Below are positions 1 through 8,046 of a DNA stretch of 64,000 nt, piece after piece. Source of the stretch: an uncultured Verrucomicrobiae bacterium. GTDB taxonomy: Bacteria; Verrucomicrobiota; Verrucomicrobiia; Chthoniobacterales; UBA10450. Below the pieces are notes generated by a model that did no database searches, was not told where the DNA came from, and worked only from the letters and a program-made list of their open reading frames with translations. A program made the position numbers and the translations under genes. The stretch is taken from assembly GCA_963702135.1 (NCBI GenBank), contig OY969715.1, positions 1,539,187-1,603,186 of the forward strand. The letters are read 5' to 3'. Position 1 is the stretch's first letter, and every line of letters starts with the position of its first letter.

Positions 1-102
1 ACGCTCGTCCGTTCGGACGCAGCGCCGCGCGCAAACGAATCGGGCACGTTTTTCTCCAATCCCCTCCGACTTGATAACCGCAATAACGCTAACTCCGAAT
101 CA

Positions 103-561
103 ATGAACACAAGAAGACTACTCTGCTCCACGTGCCTGGCACTCCTCTTCACCGTTTGCCTGCCGGTGGGCAAACTCTCCGTTCAGGCCCAGGACGGAAA
201 TCGCTTTAGCCCCACGATTCAAATGGTGATCGACGGTGACACCGATGAGGCCAGGCACCGAACCAGTCAATCGGGCATTATGGATCCGATTGGCCTGTTT
301 CGGAATGAGCAGGTCGGCATCACTCTCATCTTGCCTGGCAACAGAGTTAATTATTCCGTGAGCATCGCTCCTCTCGATGGTGGAGAGGTAGTCGCTTCCG
401 AAAACTTGACCGTCAACGGTGACCGCGAAGCCCATTTCAGCTTCAAAGGCGGCACCACTCCGGGGCTCTATCGAGTTTTGGTGACGATCGCCTCTGAGGA
501 ATACGAGCTCCAGTTCTATGTTTCCCAGACGGAGCCTGATAGCGGCTGCACCCCTCCCTAG
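103..561 (+). CDS. small secreted hypothetical protein (152 aa) just upstream of the Rhs gene
   Basis: ATG ORF with a Sec-like N-terminus MNTRRLLCSTCLALLFTVCLPVGKLSVQAQ. No recognisable catalytic motif. Same strand as rhs and 24 nt upstream of its start. Confidence 0.55.
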   Translation: MNTRRLLCSTCLALLFTVCLPVGKLSVQAQDGNRFSPTIQMVIDGDTDEARHRTSQSGIMDPIGLFRNEQVGITLILPGNRVNYSVSIAPLDGGEVVASENLTVNGDREAHFSFKGGTTPGLYRVLVTIASEEYELQFYVSQTEPDSGCTPP

Positions 562-585
562 GCGAAGTTCAACCAAATTTTCTCC

Positions 586-3500
586 ATGAAAAGATTTCTT
601 AAGACATTCGCGCCCGCTCTCCTGCTCTGTTTCTTTCTTCCCCGAGTTTCCCCGGGCGAAGGAGAGCCCGGAAATAACAATCCAACCGGAGTGACGGGCG
701 AGTACAATGGCAGCGTTACCACCGGCGGATCGTACGATCCTTTCACAGGCAACGCGAAGCGCTTTATCGACGACCTGACGGTGACCGGTAGTGTTGGGGC
801 CTATCCGCTGAAGTGGACGCGGGTGCTGAACACGCGTGGCATCAGTGGGCCGTTCGGAAACGGTGGCGGCTGGAAGCATAGCTATCAGTGGGGGCTTTCC
901 ATTCTGCCACCCTCGCCCCAGTGTGGACCAGAGCTGCCGGCTGCCGTCGTCTCCTATCCCGACGGCAGGAAGATGACGTTTCGCCACGAGGACAACCCCT
1001 CCAGGTTTGAAGACGAGAGCGGGGCCGAGCCCGGCGATAGGCTTATCCAGATCGGAACAAGCACCGACTACGACTTCAAGCTGAAGGACGGTGGCAGGGT
1101 GGAGTTTCGGACCGTCTATGGGCGACCTCATTTCCCCAAATACATAGTGGACCCGTACGGCCAGAGAACGACGCTGGAGTATATTAATAACGGCTCTGGC
1201 GCCCCCACGTTGTGGAAGATTATCGAGCCGGCTGGGCGCTACCTGAAGATCACTTACAAAACATATCTTCCTGAGCCTCCGGCCTATCCGGGTTCCGTAG
1301 AGATCATAGATTATGTCGAGGCGTATGACGGACCCCAAAGCCATCTGATGGAGACCGTGCATTACGATTACCAGCGGGTAAATGCCTCTGCGGAAGTGCA
1401 TGTCAGATTCTACAATCTGATCCGTGCGCGCTATGACGACGGCCAACAGGGTGTCTATGGTTACCTTGGTCCAGCTCGGACCAATCCGGGCGATCCCGGG
1501 ACTCTGGCGCCCGGTAACGTCGAGACTTGTAATGACGTGCGCTTCGCCGGGGCGATGAAGAAAATCGAGTACGAATATGTTCCCGCGACAAATAGTCAGG
1601 TAAATCCCGTCGCTCGTGGCCAGATTCGAGCGGAAAGGAACGCGACGACCCATCAGCTCATATCGAGCGTGGATTATCCGCCAATGGTCCCTGCCAGCTT
1701 TACCCGAACCGAGACGCGCGCGGATGGCGCAACGCGCAAATTCAAATATTTCAATTACAGCTTCGAGCTTGAAAGCTACACGGATTTTGCCTACCCCGGG
1801 CAACCGTACCACACCACTATGTTCAGTTATCCGCCGGGCGCGCCTGGCAACCATTACTACAGAGCGGAGAGAAACGCACGTCCCCAGGGTTACACTACGA
1901 AAACCGAAAAGGAGTTAAACATCGGCGCGATCATGGCGGTAATTCATCCCAATGGCTCCAGGATCCAATACCACTATACCGATGACAACAACCCGTATTA
2001 TGTCGACTTTAAGACCGACGAAAATAACAAAACAACCTATTACGACCGATATTGTGTCGGAGGTAATCCGTGTGACCCCGTGAACGCGAACCGCATTTGG
2101 AAGATTCGATACCCAGATGGCGGTTACGAAACGTTTACCTATAACCAGTTTGGCCAGCCTCTGGAACATCGCATGACCAGTGGGGGCACGGAAAAGTTTA
2201 CCTATAGTCCCCGTGGCTTGAAAGAAACCTATACGCCACCCGGCACTCTGAGTGATCCCAATCCCGCGGATAATCCGACCATGTATTTTTATTACGACGC
2301 CAGCAACAGTCCGGGCCATCGCATCGATCGCCTTTACTACGCGCTCGATCCGCTCCTGCACGCGACTTTCTACGACTACAACCAGCGGGGGCAGGTGACC
2401 CGGTTGACCCATCACGATACCACCTTTACTCAAAGCGACTATTACCCCGATGCCACATTGCACATCAGCACCGATGAGTTGGGGCACCCCACGACCTACA
2501 CGTATGACGAATATGGGCGGATCCTTTCGGTCGAAAATGCCGTCCACAAGGTTGCCGCCACAAGTTATGACCCGGATCCGAGCCCGACGTCGGATCGCTC
2601 ACTGAGCCATACCACCGCCTCGGTTTACCAGACCACGTCGCCGACTGGAAAAACCATTCGGCACCAATACGACGCGAACTTCCGGCTCATCCAGACGACG
2701 GAGGCGCCGGGGACGGGCGATGAAGCCATCACGACTTTTACCTACGATGAAGTCGGCAACCAAATCACCGTCACTCGGCCAAACGGACAACCGTCTGAGC
2801 CGATTCCCGCGCACACCACCACCGGATACGATGATCGCAATCGGCGGGTTAGCCTCAGCGACGAACTGGGGCATACGACCACCTGGGAATACGATGACGC
2901 CGGCAACATGAAGAAGGAGACGCGAGCGGATTTGAAGTTTCGCACGTGGGATGTGTACGACGCCATGAACCGGGCCAAGCACATCACCGGTTTTCTGCAA
3001 GAGCCAACGAGCTACGAGTACGACCTGGCCGGTAATCTGCGGAAGACGATCTTTAACAATTCAGCCTACGAAACGACCTACGATAAGATGAATCGAAAGG
3101 AAAACGCGATCTATCCCCTTGCCGGAAGCGGGAGCGAAGTCTGGCGCTACGACGCCGCTGGAAGCCTGAAATTTTACAAGAACACGGCTGGTCAATACAA
3201 ACACTTCGGTTACGACACGCGGAACCGCCAAACTCACTCCTATTGGAATACTTCGGAAACAAGCAGCAATGTGGACACCTCGGTCGGCGCCGAGACGGTA
3301 ACAGTGTTCGACCCCGCCAATCGCGTAACCAGCGTCGCGAGCGGGCCCACGGTTGTGGCTTATGGTTATGACGACGCGAATCGCAAGATCTGGGAAGACC
3401 AGACCTTGAACGGCAGCACGCGGCGCGTCGAAACATTCCCCGATGATGACGGGAACCGCGCGATCCTGGCGGTAGCGGGAGCTTATGCGCTCACCTACGG

Positions 3501-5358
3501 CTACACCCAGCGGCAGCAGCTCTGGCATATCAACAAAACGGGCGCAGGCCAGTTCTTCGAGTACACCTACGACAAGAATGGCAACCTTAAGAAACGGCAG
3601 AACACATTGCAGGGCGGCGACTCCACCATTTTCACCTATGACCGGTCGGATCGGGTGACGTTGTGCACACAGACGGGGGCGAATGACGCGGCTTTTGCCC
3701 GGAGCAATTACAACGATTACGATCTGGTGGACAATCTGCAATCGGTGACGCGTGAAGAGGATGGAAACAAGGGAGAACGCTTCACCTACGACGATGCGAA
3801 TCAGTTGAAAACGGTTTCGTATAAAGCAGACATCACCCCGCATGGCCCCGAGCAGCCGGGTTCGGTCCCCGGGGAAGGGGGAGTAATCGTCACCGTGCCC
3901 GAGGACTCAGAGCAGAAAGCGCTGGCGGAACTGGTGGCGGACCCGGACCGCGAACCGCTCGCGGAGCGAGGAGGAGGCGGTGGTGGTGAAATCGACGCGA
4001 TGAGCGGCCCGCGCACGGTGACGTACGTGAACGATGCGATCAACCGGCTTAGCATGGAGGACAGCGGGGTGGTGACCAATTATACCCCCAATGGCCTGAA
4101 CCAGTATACGGCGGTAAGCGGCCACACCGCACCGCTTTACGATACGAAATTCAATCTATCGGGCTACGACGGCTGGATCTATATGTATGATGCCGACAAG
4201 CGGCTCGTTTCGGCCAGCAGCGCCGCGGGCGGGGGCCATAGCGCGCAGTTCGTCTATGACGGGCTGGGGCGCTGCGTGAAGCGAACGATCGACGGCGTCT
4301 CAACGGTGTACACGTACGATGAGTGGAAGACGGTCGTGGAGTGGAGCGACACGGGAGCGTTTGTGGCCTGGAATCTTTACGGGCCGGGAGCGGACGAGAT
4401 ACTGGTTCGCTACCAACCGAACACGGGCGGCTACGTCCACTATCACCTCGACGCGATGGGGAATGTGCAGTTCCTGCTCAGCGGCGAGCTGAATCTCGGC
4501 CTTGAGAAGTATACTTACGATGCGTTCGGGCAGCCTCGGGTCACAGGTTGGAACGGCGATGTGCGCACGATCAGCCGTTATGGCAACCGGTTCCTGTTTA
4601 CTGGTCGAGAATATCTCTATACGCTCGGTATTTACGACTATCGGCACCGCGTTTATCATCCCGGGCTGGGGCGTTTTATCCAGACCGACCCTATTGGCTT
4701 CGGCGACGACCCTATGAATTTCTACCGCTATTGCCGTAACGATCCCGTCAATCACACTGACCCAATGGGCACTTATGCGCAGGGGGCCGGGTGGAACAAA
4801 GACAGCTGGGAAAAGTTTCAATCTGCCCAGGAAAACGCGGCCAAAGTTACCGGAGGCGCAGCTGAGCGTATTGCAAGCGCCTTGAAAAATGGTGGCAAAG
4901 AGTTGGAGTCTCTAAAGAGGGATTTTGAGAGAGTCTATGGACCTGGTTCAGCAACGGAGAAAAACCTCCAGGAAGTAGGCACCACCCTTAAGGGTATGGA
5001 GACCGCCCTTCGTGACAATGGCCAGCTAGGATACTATGCAAATGCTGCAAACAAGGCGGAGACTATTGCCCAAGGTCTCTCAAAAGACACCGCGGCCTGG
5101 ACTGTCCCCTCAGATAGGCATTCACTCTATGTTAACACTGATCACGAAAATTTTGGGAAACCTTCGCTTGTGGGCACTGTGATTCACGAGAGCAGCCACA
5201 ATTTGGGATTGATCGATGCCAAGCGTGATAAGGGAGGCGTTAAGGCTTATAGGCACGGGGACCTAACCCAGCGGGCATATTTCAAACAGTTGCCGTTCAA
5301 AGAGCCCGAAAAAGCATTGCGAAATGCTGATACCTTGACTAGCTTTATAGTCCCATGA
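586..5358 (+). CDS. Rhs/YD-repeat polymorphic toxin (1590 aa) with Sec signal peptide and variable C-terminal tip
   Basis: N-terminus MKRFLKTFAPALLLCFFLPRVSPG. Many YD repeats (YDPYGQRTTLEY, YDEYGRILSV, YDEVGNQITV, YDDAGNMKKE, YDLAGNLRKT, YDKNGNLKKR, YDGLGRCVKR, YDAFGQPRV). Rhs core end RFLFTGREYLYTLGIYDYRHRVYHPGLGRFIQTDPIGF...YRYCRNDPVNHTDPMG. Confidence 0.95.
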   Translation: MKRFLKTFAPALLLCFFLPRVSPGEGEPGNNNPTGVTGEYNGSVTTGGSYDPFTGNAKRFIDDLTVTGSVGAYPLKWTRVLNTRGISGPFGNGGGWKHSYQWGLSILPPSPQCGPELPAAVVSYPDGRKMTFRHEDNPSRFEDESGAEPGDRLIQIGTSTDYDFKLKDGGRVEFRTVYGRPHFPKYIVDPYGQRTTLEYINNGSGAPTLWKIIEPAGRYLKITYKTYLPEPPAYPGSVEIIDYVEAYDGPQSHLMETVHYDYQRVNASAEVHVRFYNLIRARYDDGQQGVYGYLGPARTNPGDPGTLAPGNVETCNDVRFAGAMKKIEYEYVPATNSQVNPVARGQIRAERNATTHQLISSVDYPPMVPASFTRTETRADGATRKFKYFNYSFELESYTDFAYPGQPYHTTMFSYPPGAPGNHYYRAERNARPQGYTTKTEKELNIGAIMAVIHPNGSRIQYHYTDDNNPYYVDFKTDENNKTTYYDRYCVGGNPCDPVNANRIWKIRYPDGGYETFTYNQFGQPLEHRMTSGGTEKFTYSPRGLKETYTPPGTLSDPNPADNPTMYFYYDASNSPGHRIDRLYYALDPLLHATFYDYNQRGQVTRLTHHDTTFTQSDYYPDATLHISTDELGHPTTYTYDEYGRILSVENAVHKVAATSYDPDPSPTSDRSLSHTTASVYQTTSPTGKTIRHQYDANFRLIQTTEAPGTGDEAITTFTYDEVGNQITVTRPNGQPSEPIPAHTTTGYDDRNRRVSLSDELGHTTTWEYDDAGNMKKETRADLKFRTWDVYDAMNRAKHITGFLQEPTSYEYDLAGNLRKTIFNNSAYETTYDKMNRKENAIYPLAGSGSEVWRYDAAGSLKFYKNTAGQYKHFGYDTRNRQTHSYWNTSETSSNVDTSVGAETVTVFDPANRVTSVASGPTVVAYGYDDANRKIWEDQTLNGSTRRVETFPDDDGNRAILAVAGAYALTYGYTQRQQLWHINKTGAGQFFEYTYDKNGNLKKRQNTLQGGDSTIFTYDRSDRVTLCTQTGANDAAFARSNYNDYDLVDNLQSVTREEDGNKGERFTYDDANQLKTVSYKADITPHGPEQPGSVPGEGGVIVTVPEDSEQKALAELVADPDREPLAERGGGGGGEIDAMSGPRTVTYVNDAINRLSMEDSGVVTNYTPNGLNQYTAVSGHTAPLYDTKFNLSGYDGWIYMYDADKRLVSASSAAGGGHSAQFVYDGLGRCVKRTIDGVSTVYTYDEWKTVVEWSDTGAFVAWNLYGPGADEILVRYQPNTGGYVHYHLDAMGNVQFLLSGELNLGLEKYTYDAFGQPRVTGWNGDVRTISRYGNRFLFTGREYLYTLGIYDYRHRVYHPGLGRFIQTDPIGFGDDPMNFYRYCRNDPVNHTDPMGTYAQGAGWNKDSWEKFQSAQENAAKVTGGAAERIASALKNGGKELESLKRDFERVYGPGSATEKNLQEVGTTLKGMETALRDNGQLGYYANAANKAETIAQGLSKDTAAWTVPSDRHSLYVNTDHENFGKPSLVGTVIHESSHNLGLIDAKRDKGGVKAYRHGDLTQRAYFKQLPFKEPEKALRNADTLTSFIVP
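4771..5355 (+). other. Rhs C-terminal toxin tip, putative HExxH zinc metallopeptidase (aspzincin/M35-like)
   Basis: 195 aa after the DPMG boundary (4759-4770). HESSH at 5185-5199 is followed by NLGLID. NADTLTSF at 5323-5346 resembles the NADSY-type C-terminal motif of aspzincins (from memory). GC is visibly lower than in the Rhs core. Confidence 0.55.
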
Positions 5359-5801
5359 GGATGCTTTGTCTTCTGTTGGTTGCGGCACTGGCGCTGACGG
5401 CGAACGGTGATAATGCGCCCTCTTACGACCTTCCTGTCGGGAATCCTCCTCCCCGGTACCGGCTCGAAATTAAGGATAATCCGGCCACCGAGCGTTTTGA
5501 ACTAACGCTGCGTTCGCTTGATCATCGTATGATCTGTTTAGCTCGGGCGAGTTGGCCGAATCAAGATGGTCATCTCGATTGGGGCAGCCAGTGGGTAAGA
5601 GTTCAATCTAAGAACAGGTCTTATCCAGCACGCGATTGGAATTTTGGATCCTGTGAGGGCGACGATTGTACTATTCGGGTACCGGCCCAGGGCAAGCTTA
5701 TTGGTTTTATCGGGTATTCCGAGTTTGGCGACCCGAGGGAGATAGCGGCTCTGCCAAAGCGGCGAGTGCACTTCGATCCATTGGTGTTCGTTTGCCCGTA
5801 A
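5355..5801 (+). CDS. candidate cognate immunity protein, secreted/periplasmic (148 aa)
   Basis: Its start overlaps the rhs stop (ATGA). Signal peptide MRMLCLLLVAALALTANG. Four Cys in the mature part. This is the typical position of an Rhs immunity gene. Confidence 0.55.
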   Translation: MRMLCLLLVAALALTANGDNAPSYDLPVGNPPPRYRLEIKDNPATERFELTLRSLDHRMICLARASWPNQDGHLDWGSQWVRVQSKNRSYPARDWNFGSCEGDDCTIRVPAQGKLIGFIGYSEFGDPREIAALPKRRVHFDPLVFVCP

Positions 5802-5810
5802 GGAGGGAAG

Positions 5811-5937
5811 CAGAAGGGGTCAGTCTTAGAATCTCGGCAAATATTCTGGACTTGATGGCTGCGGCCGGCCCAGAATCTAGCAATGCCTCGCAAAGCGCGA
5901 GTCGAGTTCCCCGGAGCGGTTTACCATTTGCTGGATC
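5811..5937 (+). repeat. direct repeat copy A: REP-like 26-nt motif plus the first 18 codons of a RAYT/IS200-like transposase gene
   Basis: About 95% identical to 7626-7753. Contains AAGGGGTCAGTCTTAGAATCTCGGCA (5814-5839). ATG at 5883 encodes MPRKARVEFPGAVYHLLD, after which homology ends. Confidence 0.9.
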
Positions 5938-5991
5938 CAAGGTTGGAGATAGAACTGACGGCATCAATTGAAAGCCAATTGTCATGAAATC

Positions 5992-6017
5992 TGCCGAGAT
6001 TCTAAGACTGACCCCTT
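5992..6017 (-). repeat. inverted copy of the 26-nt REP-like motif
   Basis: TGCCGAGATTCTAAGACTGACCCCTT is the exact reverse complement of 5814-5839. It directly abuts the orphan rhs fragment. Confidence 0.9.
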
Positions 6018-6036
6018 TTGGCTGCTCCTCGGCAGC

Positions 6037-6436
6037 GGACCGCACCTACGTCCACGGGGGGCGAGTTGACGAAATCGTGGCGAGCCACGCCGACGGTGTC
6101 TGGTATAATCACCATTACGATGGGCAGGGTAACTGCATTTTATTGAGCACGGTTAGCGACGGGTTACAGGAGCAGTACGATTACGACGCATTCGGCTTCC
6201 CGTATTTCTACAACGCGAGCGGAGGCCCTCTCTCTGCGCCCCCGCGCACGCGCTTCCTCTTCACGGGCCGGGAGTGGCTGGGCGACCTGCGGATCTACGA
6301 TTACCGGAACCGGCAATATCAGCCGGAGCTAGGCCGCTTCCTCCAGCCTGATCCAAAGGAGTTTTCCGCAGGCGATTACAATCTCTATCGCTATTGCCAC
6401 AATGATGCGGTCAATAAGAGTGACCCGATGGGTTGA
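6037..6436 (+). pseudogene. orphan Rhs core C-terminal fragment (no N-terminus or shell)
   Basis: RTYVHGGRVDEIV...YDYDAFGFPYF...RFLFTGREWLGDLRIYDYRNRQYQPELGRFLQPDP...YRYCHNDAVNKSDPMG aligns with the end of the main Rhs core. The ORF-track start at 5984 is derived from repeat sequence. The frame stops right after DPMG. Confidence 0.85.
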
Positions 6437-6891
6437 TCGATGTTAAAATCGACCCCAAATTGGATAAGTTGAGTGTGCAAGCGTCCCTCAATTCTTTGAA
6501 AGAGGCTGCGAATGGAGCTCCGGCCGGAGTATCACAAGCGATACAGGAGAAGGATGGCAAACTTTCACTGGCTTCTACATATGGAAAAAATGAGATTGTA
6601 GTGGAGAAGGAGATGATCGGTGGCAGACTGCAAAAAGTCACCACGCTTAAGGAATCAGCTAGAAGTGACGAAGGACACAAAGTTGTCGCCGTTGGCCATG
6701 TTCACCAGGATTCCAGCGTCCACGCTGGACCGGGATTCACTAAGACTGATTACGCGACCGCTCAAGGGTCGGAAGGTCATCCGGGCCAGCCAGTATATAA
6801 AGTCAACGAGTCGAACCCTTCAGTAGTAATTCGCCTTACGCCCCAAGTTGACTACCATGACGCGCCGGTGCCGAGGGTGGTCTCGCCTTAG
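6433..6891 (+). CDS. orphan Rhs toxin tip (152 aa), out of frame with the core fragment by 1 nt
   Basis: TTG at 6433 shares one T with the last Gly codon of the core fragment. Restoring one T gives DPMG-LIDVKID, the canonical DPxGL. Contains GHVHQDSSVHAGPGFTKTDY...PVYKV, reminiscent of DUF4329/JAB-like tips (from memory). Low GC. Confidence 0.6.
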   Translation: MIDVKIDPKLDKLSVQASLNSLKEAANGAPAGVSQAIQEKDGKLSLASTYGKNEIVVEKEMIGGRLQKVTTLKESARSDEGHKVVAVGHVHQDSSVHAGPGFTKTDYATAQGSEGHPGQPVYKVNESNPSVVIRLTPQVDYHDAPVPRVVSP

Positions 6892-6929
6892 GAAAACATG
6901 GGGATGTCTATTTTTCGCACGCCTAGATT

Positions 6930-7601
6930 ATGAAAATCATTCCTACCGCGGTAATCGTGGCACTTTTTTGTCAACAAGCCCTATTTGTTACCTTCTGTCG
7001 TGCATCTCCCGTGGACCATCTTGTTCCGTTGGAAACAAGTTATGGGTTGCTCTTGAAATACGAAATACTATCGCGCGAAAAACTGCTGGTTACTTCCGGG
7101 GAGGTCGCCAGGTTTGTCTCTTTGCCTGGGTCGGCGAGCGTTGAAACTTCCGTCTCCGTCTACAAAATGCCTGGCAAGAGAGGGTCGTTACCGGGTGATT
7201 ATTGGGTTACTGTTACGCAAGCAAGCAAGAGCCTGTGGGAAGCAGCGCAGGCGGAGTCTAACCCTAAGGCGATAAGAATCGAACGCTTGGACGCGCCACT
7301 CCCTCAGGTTACGGCGCAAACCGTTCATGACGCATGGATCAGCACGTTGATCAGAGTTAAACCCACTCCAAGGTCAGAGGAAGTTCTCGTAGACAGCACT
7401 CAGGAGATCTTTTCGGCTGCAAAATCTGAAGGTTCCATCATTGAGGGCCAAGCTCCTTCGTCTCCCGGCCCCAAGACTAAAGCGCTAATCGAGGTCGCGT
7501 TTTCATTGATCGAGTATTGCGACAAGCCGCCCGCACTCCGAAGGAAATTAGCGCGTGACATTCGGAGCCGCGCGATGAAACTGATCGAACACGTGGACTG
7601 A
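6930..7601 (+). CDS. candidate immunity protein of the orphan tip, secreted (223 aa)
   Basis: Signal-like N-terminus MKIIPTAVIVALFCQQALFVTFCRASP. Lies directly downstream of the orphan tip. Low GC. No known motif. Confidence 0.5.
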   Translation: MKIIPTAVIVALFCQQALFVTFCRASPVDHLVPLETSYGLLLKYEILSREKLLVTSGEVARFVSLPGSASVETSVSVYKMPGKRGSLPGDYWVTVTQASKSLWEAAQAESNPKAIRIERLDAPLPQVTAQTVHDAWISTLIRVKPTPRSEEVLVDSTQEIFSAAKSEGSIIEGQAPSSPGPKTKALIEVAFSLIEYCDKPPALRRKLARDIRSRAMKLIEHVD

Positions 7602-7625
7602 CGTGAGGGACAAAAAGAAGAAGGT

Positions 7626-7753
7626 CAGAAGGGGTCAGTCTTAGAATCTCGGCAAATTTACTTGACTTGATGGCTGCGGCCGGCCCAGAATCTAGCAATG
7701 CCTCGCAAAGCGCGAGTCGAGTTCCCCCGGAGCGGTTTACCATTTGCTGGATC
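7626..7753 (+). repeat. direct repeat copy B: REP-like motif plus RAYT 5' end
   Basis: Matches 5811-5937. The 26-nt motif lies at 7629-7654. It continues into the RAYT-like coding sequence. Confidence 0.9.
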
Positions 7754-8046
7754 GCGGTGATCGGCAGGAGGCAATTTTCCGCGATGACGCGGATCGGGAG
7801 CAGTTTCTGGCCACGCTCGGGGAGGTGTGCGCGCGCACGGGTTGGCGTGTGCACGCGTTCGTCTTAATGACGAATCATTACCATCTCCAGGTGGAAACAC
7901 CGGAGCCCAACCTTGTGGCAGGCATGCGCTGGTTTCAGACGACCTATACGATCCGGTTCAATCGACGGCACCGCGTCACGGGTCATTTATTCCAAGGGCG
8001 ATACAAATCGGTCACGAGCACGAGCAAGAGCTTGGCAGGGAATTAG
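7698..8046 (+). pseudogene. IS200/RAYT-type (HUH Y1) transposase, frameshifted and 3'-truncated
   Basis: MPRKARVEFP is followed by an extra C in a C-run (about 7726-7730) compared with copy A. The shifted frame reads LDRGDRQEAIFRDDADREQFLATLGEVCARTGWRVHAFVLMTNHYHLQVETPEPNLVAGMRWFQTTYTIRFNRRHRVTGHLFQGRYKSV (HUH = HYH). Homology ends before the catalytic Tyr region. Confidence 0.85.

Noticed and set aside
118-1854. 578-aa antisense ORF, plus many other ORFs of 60-350 aa overlapping real genes (for example 1915..2547, 3061..3843, 8871..9911, 9155..10114, 13554..14366, 16196..17149, 25061..25918, 37488..38480).
   Set aside because: They lie opposite or out of frame to genes with strong family motifs. 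They are Arg/Gly/Pro-rich low-complexity translations typical of high-GC DNA and carry no recognisable motifs.
586-5358. Rhs considered as a T6SS effector.
   Set aside because: There is no PAAR, VgrG, Hcp or chaperone gene in the window, and the protein starts with a Sec-type signal peptide. A T6SS locus elsewhere in the genome cannot be excluded.
5666-6045. ORFs 5666..5971(+), 5707..6045(-), 7477..7854(-) and 7667..7867(+), which span the repeat copies.
   Set aside because: Their similarity to each other simply reflects the duplicated REP/RAYT DNA. The only frame with family homology is the RAYT frame.
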